This document shows, one piece after another, positions 10,360-20,655 of a stretch of 64,000 bases of DNA; the stretch's first letter is position 1; each line of letters starts with the position of its first letter. The stretch spans positions 8,962 to 72,961 of the forward strand of contig JBEKMY010000001.1 in NCBI GenBank assembly GCA_049523355.1, written 5' to 3'. The position numbers were made by a program, and so were the translations under genes. This DNA comes from Smithella sp. GTDB lineage: Bacteria; Desulfobacterota; Syntrophia; Syntrophales; Smithellaceae. The notes below the pieces were generated by a model. The model searched no databases. It was not told the DNA's origin and worked only from the letters and a program-made list of their open reading frames with translations.

Positions 10360-12900
10360 TCAGGGAAGTTTGTAGCCCTTCTCCCGGAATAAACTCAGGC
10401 AGGCATCGACAACAACATTATCGTAAAGTATTCCCTTGTTTTTCTCGATCTCTTCAAGAGCCGCTTCAATACCCAACGCCGCACGATAAGGACGATGAGA
10501 AGACATGGCCTCCACAACGTCCGCCACAGCCATGATGCGGGCCTCGATAAGAATCTCATTCCCTTTCAGTTTTCTTGGATAACCGGAGCCATTCATTCGT
10601 TCGTGATGCTGGTAAATTATTTCTGCCAATGGCCAGGGGGATTCTATATCCTTCAACATATCGTATCCACTTACGGAGTGTTCTTTAATCAGGGAAAATT
10701 CTATTTTTGTCAGTTTTATAGGCTTGGTCAATATCTCCGCAGGTATGGATAATTTTCCGATGTCATGGATGGTGCCTACCATGCGGATTCCATCAATTTT
10801 CTCTTGCGTGAATCCCATCTCCGTGGCAATGGCTCTGGCAATGTCCGCGCACCTTTTCTGGTGGCCGGCCGTATAGGGATCTCTCATTTCTATAGCGGAT
10901 ATCATGACCTGAATGGTCGTGCCAAAGGCTTTTCTGAGGCTGTCAAGAGTACGTTGAAGTTCTGTATCCATTCGCTTGTGCTCGGTGACGTCCTGCAGGA
11001 TAAAAATGAGACATGTTTCACCATCGATGTTTATAGATCGGGCAGAATAGATACCGGCACGCACAGAGCCGTCACTTCGCCGGAATTCAAATTCACGATG
11101 CAGGATATCTCTGCCGGACGCCAATTCGTTGACCATGAAATCCCTGTCGGTTGTATTACTCCAGAAATTTATTTCATAAGAGGTTTGTCCTATGGCATTG
11201 CTTCTCTTCCATCCAGTAATCTCCTCAAAGCCCATGTTCACATCAATGAGGAGTCCATCCTTCATACGTGTAATTGCTATACAGTCCGGGGATGTCATGA
11301 ATATTTTATGAAATTTTTCTTCGGCCTGTTTGCGCTCGGTAATATCCAGCAAAATTCCGTCAAAGATCACTTTGTCTTTTTGGCGCGTCGGTGTCGCCAG
11401 CCCCTGGAACCAGATTATTTCGCCCGATTGTATGGCGACCCGGCCTTCAAAATTCCAGGAATTTCCTGTTTCCATCGCTGTTTTAATTGAGGTCAGAAAT
11501 CTGCTCCTGTCTTCCTCAAGGACATGAGAAAGGAATATGGAAAACGGATCATCTTCTTTTACTTTTATTCCCAGAAATTCCGTCAGGCGTTCGCTGACGT
11601 AACTTATTCCAAATTCGTTGTTGTCTTTTGCATAGAATTGAAAAATAATTCCCGGTAAGTTTTGGGTAATGCCTCGCAAACGATTCTCTTTCTCTTTCAG
11701 AGTTCTTCCCGTACGTTTGCTTTCGGTGATGTCACGGTAGTTGAGAACTATACCTTGAACAACATTGTTGCTTATCCAGTTGCTTCCTACCGCTTCCAAA
11801 GTGCGGTAGGTTCCGTTCTTATGACGAAGATGTATTTCACCTCTTACGACAAGGGGGGTTATATTCGAGATTAAAGTAGTGAACGAATCAACTAAAAACT
11901 TATGGTCATCCGGATGAATAAGTTCAAATCCTTTGTGGCCGATTCTTTCTTCATGCTTGAATCCCAGGACATCCTCCACTGCAGGATTTATGTAAATGAT
12001 GGTGCCCGTCAGATCAACGACAACAATTATGTCGGAGGAGTGCTCTATGAAAGCTCTAAAACGCTGTTCCTCCTGGTGCAATTTATCTTCCATGAGTTTA
12101 CGTTCGGTCATGTCACGTGCAATTCCTCTAAATCCCGCCGGTTTATTTGATGAATCTTTTATCAGTGACACCGATGCTTCAATATATCTTTGAGTTCCAT
12201 CTTTTCTTGTAACCAACCAATCGAATCCTTTGGCAGGTTTCCCTGTTTGATAGACTTCATTAAATGTTTTAAAAAGTTTTCTTGCATTTTCTTTATCTGT
12301 AAACTGACGGCTGTTGGCGCCCATCATTTCTTCCTGTTTATATCCAAGGATTCGGCACATTGAGTCATTGAAAAAAATGAAATTACCCTTAAGGTCTATT
12401 TCGTAATAGCCTTCTTCGATATTTTCCAGAATGGCTCGATGTTTTTCCTCGCTATGATGCAGCGCTTCTTCCGCCAGCTTTTTCTTGTTTCTAACTTCTG
12501 TCTCTTCTAATTCTCTGGCTATGGTCGGGCATAGACGGGAAAAGTTAGGCTTCATGATGTAATCCTGGGCGCCCAAACGCATGCACTCAACGGCTGTTTC
12601 TTCACCAATAGCTCCCGATATAAGAATAAGAGGGACATTGATATTTGCCCTCTTCAATATAGCAATGGCTGAGAAAGCGTTAAAATTAGGCATTTTATAA
12701 TCGCAAAGAATAATGTCCCACTGCTTTTCTTTAAGGGCTTTTTTCATCGCAACGGCGGTCTCTACCCGTTCATATACCGGATTGTATCCGCCTTTTTTAA
12801 GTTCACGGATTATAAGCAGTACATCATTTTCCGAATCATCAATCATTAATACCCGTAGAGATTGCTGATTGCTGATTTTCGAAGCGGCGTTTTCCCCCAT
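10360..12900 (-). CDS. REC-PAS(x4)-HD-GYP c-di-GMP phosphodiesterase
   Basis: VLMIDDS/LCDYKMP REC; four PAS/PAC units ending DMTERK, DITESK, DITERK, DVTEHK; HDIGK and HHERMNGSGYP. Confidence 0.92.
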   Translation of the reverse strand: MGENAASKISNQQSLRVLMIDDSENDVLLIIRELKKGGYNPVYERVETAVAMKKALKEKQWDIILCDYKMPNFNAFSAIAILKRANINVPLILISGAIGEETAVECMRLGAQDYIMKPNFSRLCPTIARELEETEVRNKKKLAEEALHHSEEKHRAILENIEEGYYEIDLKGNFIFFNDSMCRILGYKQEEMMGANSRQFTDKENARKLFKTFNEVYQTGKPAKGFDWLVTRKDGTQRYIEASVSLIKDSSNKPAGFRGIARDMTERKLMEDKLHQEEQRFRAFIEHSSDIIVVVDLTGTIIYINPAVEDVLGFKHEERIGHKGFELIHPDDHKFLVDSFTTLISNITPLVVRGEIHLRHKNGTYRTLEAVGSNWISNNVVQGIVLNYRDITESKRTGRTLKEKENRLRGITQNLPGIIFQFYAKDNNEFGISYVSERLTEFLGIKVKEDDPFSIFLSHVLEEDRSRFLTSIKTAMETGNSWNFEGRVAIQSGEIIWFQGLATPTRQKDKVIFDGILLDITERKQAEEKFHKIFMTSPDCIAITRMKDGLLIDVNMGFEEITGWKRSNAIGQTSYEINFWSNTTDRDFMVNELASGRDILHREFEFRRSDGSVRAGIYSARSINIDGETCLIFILQDVTEHKRMDTELQRTLDSLRKAFGTTIQVMISAIEMRDPYTAGHQKRCADIARAIATEMGFTQEKIDGIRMVGTIHDIGKLSIPAEILTKPIKLTKIEFSLIKEHSVSGYDMLKDIESPWPLAEIIYQHHERMNGSGYPRKLKGNEILIEARIMAVADVVEAMSSHRPYRAALGIEAALEEIEKNKGILYDNVVVDACLSLFREKGYKLP

Positions 12901-12996
12901 ATATTTATCCTTTTGTGCTTTTTATAACGGTAAAGAGAAATGAGAATAGATATAAAATCGTTGAATTTTCGTATAATACCAATAAGCAGTTTTTAT

Positions 12997-13045
12997 TTTT
13001 ACAGTATTCTTATAACATTTTTTAAGCAAGAAGTGTGTTTTTTTT
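12997..13045 (-). repeat. Copy 2 of the ~49-bp diverged direct repeat (promoter region of the HD-GYP gene)
   Basis: Shares CAAGAAGTGTG core and spacing with 10187-10235; minus strand contains TGTTATAAG. Confidence 0.6.
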
Positions 13046-13116
13046 ATTGAAAGTAAAAATATAGTGTTTTGTAAAAAAGATAATAAAGTTTATTTGATTA
13101 TTAAAGAGATGCTTTG

Positions 13117-13890
13117 CTAAATCCATTCTTCCGAGAGTATCTCTCCTTTGATGCCGACGATCACGGCTTTGAGCGGCACTTTTCTTGTTGCTTTATTAAG
13201 GCCTGCCTGGGCAATCTGTATTAGGCCTCGGCAGCAGGGAACCTGCATGATGATAACAGTCAGTGTATTTATTCGGGCCTCATCCGCCATCCGTCGGATC
13301 TTTTCTATATATTCTTCCTGTCCTTCATCCAGTTTCGGACAGGCAATCGCCAGGATTTTTCCTTTCAGGAATCTTGCATGAAAATCACCAAGCGCAAAGG
13401 CTGTGCAATCAGCTGCAAGCACCATATCTTTTCCATGAAAAAAATCAGCCGCCGGATTTATAAGGTGCATTTGAATAGGCCAGTGTGTGAGTTCCGACGG
13501 CTTTATGTCTGTCGAAAATGCGTCTGCGGCGGATGGCGGTTCTCTTTTAAATACGGCTTGGGCAGATCCGGGGCAGGAACCCGCGGAACTCATAACATGA
13601 AGATTCTGAGGCGCTGATTGGCTGCTGTGAGAACAAGGTTCTTCTTTCTTCCGGCTCTCAATGGTTTCCTTGGCCAATGTTTCATCAAAAGATTCGGCTT
13701 CACGTTCTTCGATGGAAAGCGCTCCTTCGGGACATTCTCCCAGACATGCTCCAAGGCCATCGCAAAAAGCATCTTTGATAAGTTTGGCCTTGCCGTCAAT
13801 TATTTTTATGGCCTCCTCATGGCATTCCGGCACGCACAAACCGCAGCCGGTACATTTTTCTTCGTCGATTTTGATGATCATACGCTTCAT
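13117..13890 (-). CDS. 4Fe-4S dicluster ferredoxin-domain protein with Cys-rich C-terminal domain
   Basis: CTGCGLCVPEC, CDGLGACLGECP, CPGS, LTHWPIQ, AADC, CPKLD, MQVPCC; AAGGA RBS before ATG 13890. Confidence 0.85.
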   Translation of the reverse strand: MKRMIIKIDEEKCTGCGLCVPECHEEAIKIIDGKAKLIKDAFCDGLGACLGECPEGALSIEEREAESFDETLAKETIESRKKEEPCSHSSQSAPQNLHVMSSAGSCPGSAQAVFKREPPSAADAFSTDIKPSELTHWPIQMHLINPAADFFHGKDMVLAADCTAFALGDFHARFLKGKILAIACPKLDEGQEEYIEKIRRMADEARINTLTVIIMQVPCCRGLIQIAQAGLNKATRKVPLKAVIVGIKGEILSEEWI

Positions 13891-13932
13891 GTGGTTTCTT
13901 TCCTTTTTGTGGGGTGGCAATTATTTTTTGTG

Positions 13933-14553
13933 TTATCCGCGAATGCCGCTGATGGCGGTAACTGATTTTTCCGGAAGGAGAATGAAGTTGGAAGTGATCT
14001 TTACACCTAATTTCTCCATTTGAAGCATTTCATAAATTGCTTTCTGATTTTCCAGATTAAAATCAGCATAGCCAGCCGAAAAACGTTTTGTCAAAAGAGT
14101 TTTCCCTTCACGGCGAATGAGCTGATTAAAATAATCCATAATCCAGTCCATGGCAGCGTCTGTCATCTCACTGGCCGTGGCGTCATAAACGACCGCAGCA
14201 GCTAAATCGTCCTGACGGGTTTTCCCTTTGATTGCTTCCATGACGGCGTTACTTGCCGTGGCGCCCATAAGAACAGCTTCTTTGCAACCGCGCAGAAAAG
14301 CCGATAGTTTTTTACTGTTGAAGGTCAAATTTCCGGTCAGAATTATTTTCTCGCCGTCGTTATGATGAATGGTGAGACGCAAAAAAACCCCCTTGAGTGA
14401 AATAAAAGAAAAAGCTTCATTTATAAAACGGTCGGTTTCTTCTTTCTGCTTTGCCAAGATTTCGGTTGTTCTTTTTTTGTAGCCGAGCCGCTGATATATT
14501 TTTTCGGGGGGAGGATCAATCGATATCTTTTCAAGAAAAATAGCAGATCCCAT
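13933..14553 (-). CDS. Stand-alone methionine synthase reactivation (AdoMet-binding) domain
   Basis: RFSAGYADFNLENQ, LGVKITSNFILLPEKSVTA motifs of the B12-dependent Met synthase activation family; ORF open to 14568. Confidence 0.8.
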   Translation of the reverse strand: MGSAIFLEKISIDPPPEKIYQRLGYKKRTTEILAKQKEETDRFINEAFSFISLKGVFLRLTIHHNDGEKIILTGNLTFNSKKLSAFLRGCKEAVLMGATASNAVMEAIKGKTRQDDLAAAVVYDATASEMTDAAMDWIMDYFNQLIRREGKTLLTKRFSAGYADFNLENQKAIYEMLQMEKLGVKITSNFILLPEKSVTAISGIRG

Positions 14554-14604
14554 CTTTTTCATCCTCACGGGAGTTTCTTCTGGCCGGCTTTTGTAAGACT
14601 CTCT

Positions 14605-15699
14605 CTAATTTAAGAGTTTACACAGATTTCTTGCAACATTATCACCCATTTCTCCGGTGCCGACAAGTTTTTTGTTTTGCTGATGAATGTCCTGTGTCCG
14701 AAAGCCTTCTTTTAATGTTTCAGCGACGGCTTTTTCGATCAAGCCGGCTTCCAGCGGCATGGAAAAAGAATAACGCAGCATTAAGGCCACCGACAGAATT
14801 GTGGCCAGCGGATTGGCAATATTTTTTCCGGCTATATCCGGAGCTGAACCATGAATGGGTTCATATAAAGCGGTTTTTTCGCCCAGACTGGCTGAAGGAA
14901 GCATACCGATAGAACCGGTCAGCATAGCGGCTTCATCGCTTAATATATCTCCGAATAAATTGGATGTAACAATTACGTCAAACTGAGCCGGATTACGGAT
15001 AAGCTGCATGGCGCAGTTATCAACATACATGTGCTTCAGGGTAATTTTCGGATAATTATGGCCGACCTCTGTCACCACATCACGCCATAGCTCGGAAGTT
15101 TCGAGAACATTAGCTTTGTCTACTGAAAGGAGATTCTTTTTACGCGTTCGGGCAATTTCAAAGGCGCGAACGGCAATTCTGCGGATTTCATCTTCCGAGT
15201 AAGCCATCGTGTTAACGCCTCTGCGTTTACCGTCTTTCCCCTTTTTTATGCCGCGCGGCTTGCCAAAATAAACATCACCTGTCAATTCGCGGACAATCAT
15301 AATATCAATTCTCTGCACGATATTTTTCTTGAGCGGAGACGCTTCCAGAAGCTCGTCAAAAGCAACAACCGGCCGCAAATTAGCAAAAATACCCAATGCG
15401 CTTCGCAAGCCCAGAAGCGCTCTTTCGGGTCTGACTTTATAATCCAGCGATTCCCATCGGGGACCGCCGACGGCTCCCAGTAAAACCGCGTCGCTTTGCA
15501 AAGCAAGTTCCATGCTCGAATCCGGCAAGGGTACTTTAAAATGATCATAGGCGCATCCTCCGACAAGTCCTTCGGTAAGTTGCAGGTCAATATTTTTTTT
15601 GTCAGAAATAATCTTTAAAATCTTTAAAGCTTCTTTCATTATTTCCGGCCCTATGCCATCACCGGCAAATACGGCTATTTTAAAATCACCTTGTTTCAT
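14605..15699 (-). CDS. leuB: 3-isopropylmalate dehydrogenase
   Basis: [47 protein letters not shown]. Confidence 0.96.
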   Translation of the reverse strand: MKQGDFKIAVFAGDGIGPEIMKEALKILKIISDKKNIDLQLTEGLVGGCAYDHFKVPLPDSSMELALQSDAVLLGAVGGPRWESLDYKVRPERALLGLRSALGIFANLRPVVAFDELLEASPLKKNIVQRIDIMIVRELTGDVYFGKPRGIKKGKDGKRRGVNTMAYSEDEIRRIAVRAFEIARTRKKNLLSVDKANVLETSELWRDVVTEVGHNYPKITLKHMYVDNCAMQLIRNPAQFDVIVTSNLFGDILSDEAAMLTGSIGMLPSASLGEKTALYEPIHGSAPDIAGKNIANPLATILSVALMLRYSFSMPLEAGLIEKAVAETLKEGFRTQDIHQQNKKLVGTGEMGDNVARNLCKLLN

Positions 15700-16192
15700 T
15701 CTTTCCCCTTTTTCTGGCAATATGCTTCATCAAACCACCATCGGCAATAAGTTTTTCCATAAAAGGCGGAATGGGATTAATTATGAAAGTTTTGTTTGAG
15801 CTGGTTATGGTAATAGTTCCCTTAGCGCCGTTCACAGTTACTTTTTCCCCTTCGCTAATCGCGTCTCCAATTTCTTTGGATTCAAAAATAGGTAGTCCCG
15901 TGTTAAAAGCGTTGCGATAAAAAATGCGGGCGAAACTTTTAGCTATGACGCAGGAAACGCCAGCCGCTTTAATCGCGATAGGCGCGTGTTCGCGCGAAGA
16001 GCCGCAGCCGAAATTTTCTCCTCCCAGAATAATATCACCCGTCTTCATCCTGGTAATAAAATCCGGATCAGCATCTTCCATGCAGTGAGCGGCAAGCTCG
16101 CGCGGATCCGATGTCGTTAAATAGCGCGCCGGAATAATCGCGTCTGTATCTATATTATCTCCAAATTTCCATACTTTCCCTTTGAATATCAT
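15686..16192 (-). CDS. leuD: 3-isopropylmalate dehydratase small subunit
   Basis: [31 protein letters not shown]. Confidence 0.95.
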   Translation of the reverse strand: MIFKGKVWKFGDNIDTDAIIPARYLTTSDPRELAAHCMEDADPDFITRMKTGDIILGGENFGCGSSREHAPIAIKAAGVSCVIAKSFARIFYRNAFNTGLPIFESKEIGDAISEGEKVTVNGAKGTITITSSNKTFIINPIPPFMEKLIADGGLMKHIARKRGKNETR

Positions 16193-16303
16193 TGCAAGAA
16201 ATCCTTTTTCCTTTATTAATAAAACGCTAATTCCAAAAACGAAACGCATTGGAATTGGTAAGTTTATCTATCCCGCAAAGCGCAGGTCGTCATGTCCATG
16301 GTT

Positions 16304-17563
16304 TTACAGTTCCTCTGGGGATGCGATTCTTCCTAATACAGCTGAAGCTGCCGCGACTGCAGGGTTTGCAAGGTAGACTTCACTTTTTGGATGTCCCATA
16401 CGGCCAACGAAGTTACGATTTGTAGTAGCGACAGCTCTTTCTCCTTCTGCCAGAATTCCCATGTGTCCGCCCAGACATGCGCCACAGGAAGGCGGGCTGA
16501 TTACTGCATCGGCTTTCAGGAAAATTTCAATAAGTCCCTCCTTTAAAGCCTGTTTGTAAATTTCCGGGGTTGCCGGAATAATAATCAACCTTACATTGGA
16601 TGCTGCCCTGCGGTTTTTCAAAATCTGTGCGGCGACTCTCAAATCTTCAATCCGGCCGTTGGTGCAGGAGCCAATGAGCGCCTGGTCGATTTTAACCTTG
16701 CCCGCTTTGCTTATTCCTTTAACATTAGAAGGCAAATGGGGGAAAGCCACCTGAGGCTCGATTTCCCCGGCGTCGATTTCAATGGTATCGGTATAGACGG
16801 CATCCGTATCTGAAGAATAAAATTTATAATCGCGTTTCGCTCTTTTTTTGATATAGTCTCTGGTAATTTTATCAGGAGCAAAAATACCGTTTTTTGCTCC
16901 TGCTTCGATGGCCATGTTGGCCATTGAAAGTCTGCCGGCCATTGGCAATTTGCCGATTGTTTCTCCGGTAAATTCCATTGCCTTATAAAGAGCTCCGTCA
17001 ACACCGATGCGGCCTATAATATGTAAAATTAAATCCTTGCCCGAAACCCATTTTTGCAAGGAACCAAAAATTATAAATTTTATGGATGATGGCACTTTAA
17101 GCCATAATTCACCGGTGAGCATGGCTGCAGCCAGATCGGTGCTGCCCACTCCGGTGGCAAACGCGCCCAATGCCCCGTAAGTGCAGGTATGACTGTCTGC
17201 CCCAATGACCAAATCTCCGGGCAGGACGATGCCTTGCTCAGGCAATAAAGCGTGTTCAATGCCCACTTGGCCGCCTTCATAAAAATGAGTTATCTTCTGT
17301 TTTTTCGCGAATTCGCGCACAGCCTTGCATTGTTGGGCGGAATTAATGTCTTTGTTAGGTGTAAAGTGGTCTAAAACTAAAGCAACTTTGTCTTTGTTAA
17401 AGACTTTTTTCCCGCCAGCTTTTTTGAATTCATTAATGGCTATAGGCGCGGTGACATCGTTGCCTAAAGCAATATCCACTCTAGCGTTGATCAACTGACC
17501 AGCAACGATTTTTTTTAGTCCGGTATGAGCCATTAAAATTTTTTCCGTAATAGTGTTGCCCAC
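16304..17563 (-). CDS. leuC: 3-isopropylmalate dehydratase large subunit
   Basis: [32 protein letters not shown]. Confidence 0.95.
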   Translation of the reverse strand: MGNTITEKILMAHTGLKKIVAGQLINARVDIALGNDVTAPIAINEFKKAGGKKVFNKDKVALVLDHFTPNKDINSAQQCKAVREFAKKQKITHFYEGGQVGIEHALLPEQGIVLPGDLVIGADSHTCTYGALGAFATGVGSTDLAAAMLTGELWLKVPSSIKFIIFGSLQKWVSGKDLILHIIGRIGVDGALYKAMEFTGETIGKLPMAGRLSMANMAIEAGAKNGIFAPDKITRDYIKKRAKRDYKFYSSDTDAVYTDTIEIDAGEIEPQVAFPHLPSNVKGISKAGKVKIDQALIGSCTNGRIEDLRVAAQILKNRRAASNVRLIIIPATPEIYKQALKEGLIEIFLKADAVISPPSCGACLGGHMGILAEGERAVATTNRNFVGRMGHPKSEVYLANPAVAAASAVLGRIASPEEL

Positions 17564-17589
17564 GATTTATGCTCCTTGTGAAAAATAAT

Positions 17590-17752
17590 ATCCATTTGCT
17601 CTCTTTGGCTAACTTTGTTGGCAGGTTCGTCGGCTTCCTTAGCAAATTGATAATACGCCTGCAAAGCCTCCTCCTTGTCGCCTCGTTATCCTTTGACCGG
17701 ATGCGCAACTTAAAAGGAACGCAATAATAAACATCCTTACCGGGGATTGACG
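17590..17752 (-). repeat. Degenerate non-coding intergenic repeat-like element between leuA and leuC
   Basis: Minus strand CCGGTAAGGA-TGTTTATTATTGCG resembles CCGGCAAGGA...TGTTCATTATTGCG at 5658-5688; boundaries approximate. Confidence 0.35.
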
Positions 17753-17816
17753 CTTGTCAGAGGGCAGATTCCAAACAAAATGGTATATAACTTTATCTTT
17801 ATACTTTTTTAAATGT

Positions 17817-19361
17817 TTATTCAACTCTAACCTTGTTACCGCTTTCCTTTAAAAATTCCAGACGATTTAACGCGTTTATATAGGCCTTGGCGGAAGCGAC
17901 AATAACATCCGGATGCGCGCCGCGTCCTACAACTGAATGTCCGTTGTATTTGAGCTGGACGGTAACTTCACCCTGCGCGTCAGATCCTCCGGTTATAGCG
18001 TTGACGATATATTTCATCAACGGATAATTAGTCTTGGTGATGTTACGGATCGCCGCAAAAGTGGCATCTACCGGACCGTTGCCGAATCCGGCTTCCCGTA
18101 CAACGTCTTTACCTACCTGCATTTCCATAGTTGCAGTGGGAATGGCAACATTGCCGCTGACCACATTCAGGTAAACCAGATTGTATTTATCTTCACCCCG
18201 GTAGATTTCTTCGGCAAGAATCGCTTCTAGGTCTTCGTCATAAATATCTTTCTTGACGTCTGCCAGATCCTTTACTCTTGCCGCGACCTTGCCAAGTTGT
18301 TCATCATTCAGGACGTAGCCCATTCTTTTTAGATGATGCGAAATAGCGTTACGGCCGGAGTGTTTGCCCAACACGATATGTGTATCGCTTATACCTACGG
18401 ACTGTGGGGTCATGATTTCGTAAGTTATTTTTTCTTTAATCAGACCGTCCTGATGAATGCCGGATTCATGCGCGAAAGCATTTGCTCCCACGATGGCTTT
18501 ATTGGGCTGCACCGATATTCCGGTAATTTGTGTCAACAGGCGCGATGTTTTGTATATCTGATCGGTATTGATTTTTGTGTGAAGACCATAGAGGTCTTTG
18601 CGCGTTTGCAGCGCCATGACGACTTCTTCCATTGCCGTGTTGCCGGCCCGCTCACCGATTCCGTTGATCGTGCATTCCACCTGGCGCGCCCCATTCTTTA
18701 TTCCGGCCAGTGAATTGGCTACAGCCAGACCTAAATCATTGTGGCAATGAGTGGCTATAACCGTGTCGCCCATATTTTTAACTTTGGCAAACAGGTAAGC
18801 AATCAAGTTGCCGAATTCTTCGGGAGTGGCATATCCGACCGTATCGGGAATATTGACGGTAGAGGCACCGGCATCAATAACCGCCGACACCATTTCTACA
18901 AGATAGTCTTTATCAGAACGGGTAGCATCCATCGGTGAGAATTCGACGTTTTCTGTGTAAAATCGAGCCAGCTTGACAGCGGCGATGGCTTCGCTGAGCA
19001 CCTGCTCGCGGCTCTTTTTGAGCTGATACTTTAAATGAATATCAGAAGAAGAAATAAAGGTATGGATGCGGGGATGAGCCGAGTCTTTTATTGCCTGCCA
19101 GGCGCGATCAATGTCAAGCTTGCTGGCTCGGGCAAGAGCTGCTACCTGAGATTTCTTGATCTCTTTGGCGATTTGCCGCACCGCGTCAAAATCTCCCTCG
19201 GAAGCGATGGGGAATCCCGCCTCGATTATATCAACGCCAAGCCTTTCGAGTTGCCGGGCAAGAATCAATTTTTCTTCAGTGTTCATACTGCAGCCGGGCG
19301 ATTGCTCGCCATCTCTCAAAGACGTATCAAAAATATAAACGCGATTTTTATCCTTCTTCAT
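17817..19361 (-). CDS. leuA: 2-isopropylmalate synthase
   Basis: DTSLRDGEQ, HCHNDLG, GERAGN, HESGIHQDG, GNGPVDA, C-terminal regulatory domain. Confidence 0.96.
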   Translation of the reverse strand: MKKDKNRVYIFDTSLRDGEQSPGCSMNTEEKLILARQLERLGVDIIEAGFPIASEGDFDAVRQIAKEIKKSQVAALARASKLDIDRAWQAIKDSAHPRIHTFISSSDIHLKYQLKKSREQVLSEAIAAVKLARFYTENVEFSPMDATRSDKDYLVEMVSAVIDAGASTVNIPDTVGYATPEEFGNLIAYLFAKVKNMGDTVIATHCHNDLGLAVANSLAGIKNGARQVECTINGIGERAGNTAMEEVVMALQTRKDLYGLHTKINTDQIYKTSRLLTQITGISVQPNKAIVGANAFAHESGIHQDGLIKEKITYEIMTPQSVGISDTHIVLGKHSGRNAISHHLKRMGYVLNDEQLGKVAARVKDLADVKKDIYDEDLEAILAEEIYRGEDKYNLVYLNVVSGNVAIPTATMEMQVGKDVVREAGFGNGPVDATFAAIRNITKTNYPLMKYIVNAITGGSDAQGEVTVQLKYNGHSVVGRGAHPDVIVASAKAYINALNRLEFLKESGNKVRVE

Positions 19362-19475
19362 ATGTTCATCTCCTCAATGAAACCCGGATATTGCAAGCAT
19401 AGTGCAACAATATCTTCCGGTTGAATTGATCCCGCAGCCAAAGATATCGGGATTTGTACCTCTTAAAGTTATAAT

Positions 19476-19510
19476 AAAAAAGGCCATGGGTTTTTCACCC
19501 ACGGCCTTTT
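19476..19510 (-). terminator. Attenuator terminator of the leu operon
   Basis: Minus strand AAAAGGCCGTGGGT-GAAAA-ACCCATGGCC-TTTTTT hairpin with U tract. Confidence 0.85.
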
Positions 19511-19532
19511 AGGTAATCAGTTATTTTAAATG

Positions 19533-19652
19533 CTAGTGATGACCTAAAAACGATGGGTAGGCGGCCTTAATTAAAAGGCGCAACAGGGCGATTCCCAGAA
19601 GCAGAGGCAGGATATTGATTGCACATTTCTGATTTTTCGCTATGTCCGACAT
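19533..19652 (-). CDS. Leu-rich leader peptide (LeuL-like, 39 aa; not in the ORF track)
   Basis: MSDIAKNQKCAINILPLLLGIALLRLLIKAAYPSFLGHH*; 8 Leu in codons 15-27; its 3' part is complementary to the terminator 5' arm. Confidence 0.8.
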   Translation of the reverse strand: MSDIAKNQKCAINILPLLLGIALLRLLIKAAYPSFLGHH

Positions 19653-19684
19653 CGTTTTTACAGCCTTCGTTAAAATAATAATGA

Positions 19685-19713
19685 ATACTAATGCAAAAAA
19701 TAATTATTGTCAA
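19685..19713 (-). promoter_or_regulatory. sigma70 promoter of the leu leader
   Basis: Minus strand TTGACA-N17-TAGTAT. Confidence 0.7.
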
Positions 19714-20126
19714 AATATTTTTTAGACTTGGTAAAAATTTTTCACACTGATGACAGTATGTTTTTATAGTCTGAAGAAATGCGCTATTTTTTTATGGTTC
19801 ACATAATTACAGTTTTCAGTCGTTAATAAAAAATAGGAAATACAGTATGATAGCATTATGAGTTATGAATTGAAGTTAAGATTAAAGGGTGATTAAGTGT
19901 TGGAGAAAGAGATTTTATTGGGGATGCAACCATTGATACAAAATAACTAAACAATTCGAAGAATATTGCCCACTAAGTCGTTTCAGCGGAAGTCTCTTAG
20001 AATTTATTTAATGTTGGCGTTATATTGTCCGAAAAGTACATTCCATGAAAAATATAAGAAGGTTTTTGTCTATTCAAGCTCCCTATCAGGATTAAAGCTT
20101 ATCTATAAGATTTTTAAAAAATTTAC

Positions 20127-20155
20127 TTGACAAAAACATCTATAAAAATTAGATT
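20127..20155 (+). promoter_or_regulatory. sigma70 promoter of the tRNA cluster
   Basis: TTGACA-N17-TAGATT with AT-rich UP region. Confidence 0.7.
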
Positions 20156-20242
20156 CCACAATTCGCTTAAGGGCGTAGTTGTGTGCTTTTTTGCATTTTA
20201 AAGCGTAAATTGTTGATATAAAAAGATATTTAGGTGGGATTT

Positions 20243-20318
20243 GCTGGCGTAGCTCAATCGGTAGAGCAGCTGATTTGTAATCAGCAGGTTGCGGGTTCGA
20301 GTCCCATCGCCAGCTCCA
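20243..20318 (+). tRNA. tRNA-Thr(TGT)
   Basis: GCTGGCG acceptor stem, CTGAT-TTGTAAT-CAG anticodon region, GTTCGAG, encoded CCA. Confidence 0.97.
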
Positions 20319-20341
20319 GTTTGTCTATTAACTTATATACT

Positions 20342-20426
<85 letters not shown>

Positions 20427-20449
20427 GGGATTATTTGAAATTGAAATAA

Positions 20450-20525
20450 GCGGGAGTAGCTCAGTGGCTAGAGCGTCAGCCTTCCAAGCTGAGGGTCGCG
20501 GGTTCGAATCCCGTTTCCCGCTCCA
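20450..20525 (+). tRNA. tRNA-Gly(TCC)
   Basis: GCGGGAG acceptor stem, CTTCCAA loop, GTTCGAAT, CCA. Confidence 0.97.
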
Positions 20526-20566
20526 GATATTTCATAGAATAAGGGCAAAAGTTTATTAAAGATTGC

Positions 20567-20642
20567 GCCCACGTAGCTCAGTTGGTAGAGCACATCCTTG
20601 GTAAGGATGAGGTCACCAGTTCAATCCTGGTCGTGGGCTCCA
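20567..20642 (+). tRNA. tRNA-Thr(GGT)
   Basis: GCCCACG acceptor stem, TTGGTAA loop, GTTCAAT, CCA. Confidence 0.97.
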
Positions 20643-20655
20643 GTTAAGGAGAATT

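Noticed and set aside
17481-17824. 61-aa and 75-aa ORFs between leuA and leuC
   Set aside because: No recognisable motifs or convincing RBS; they overlap neighbouring genes and a repeat-like non-coding segment.
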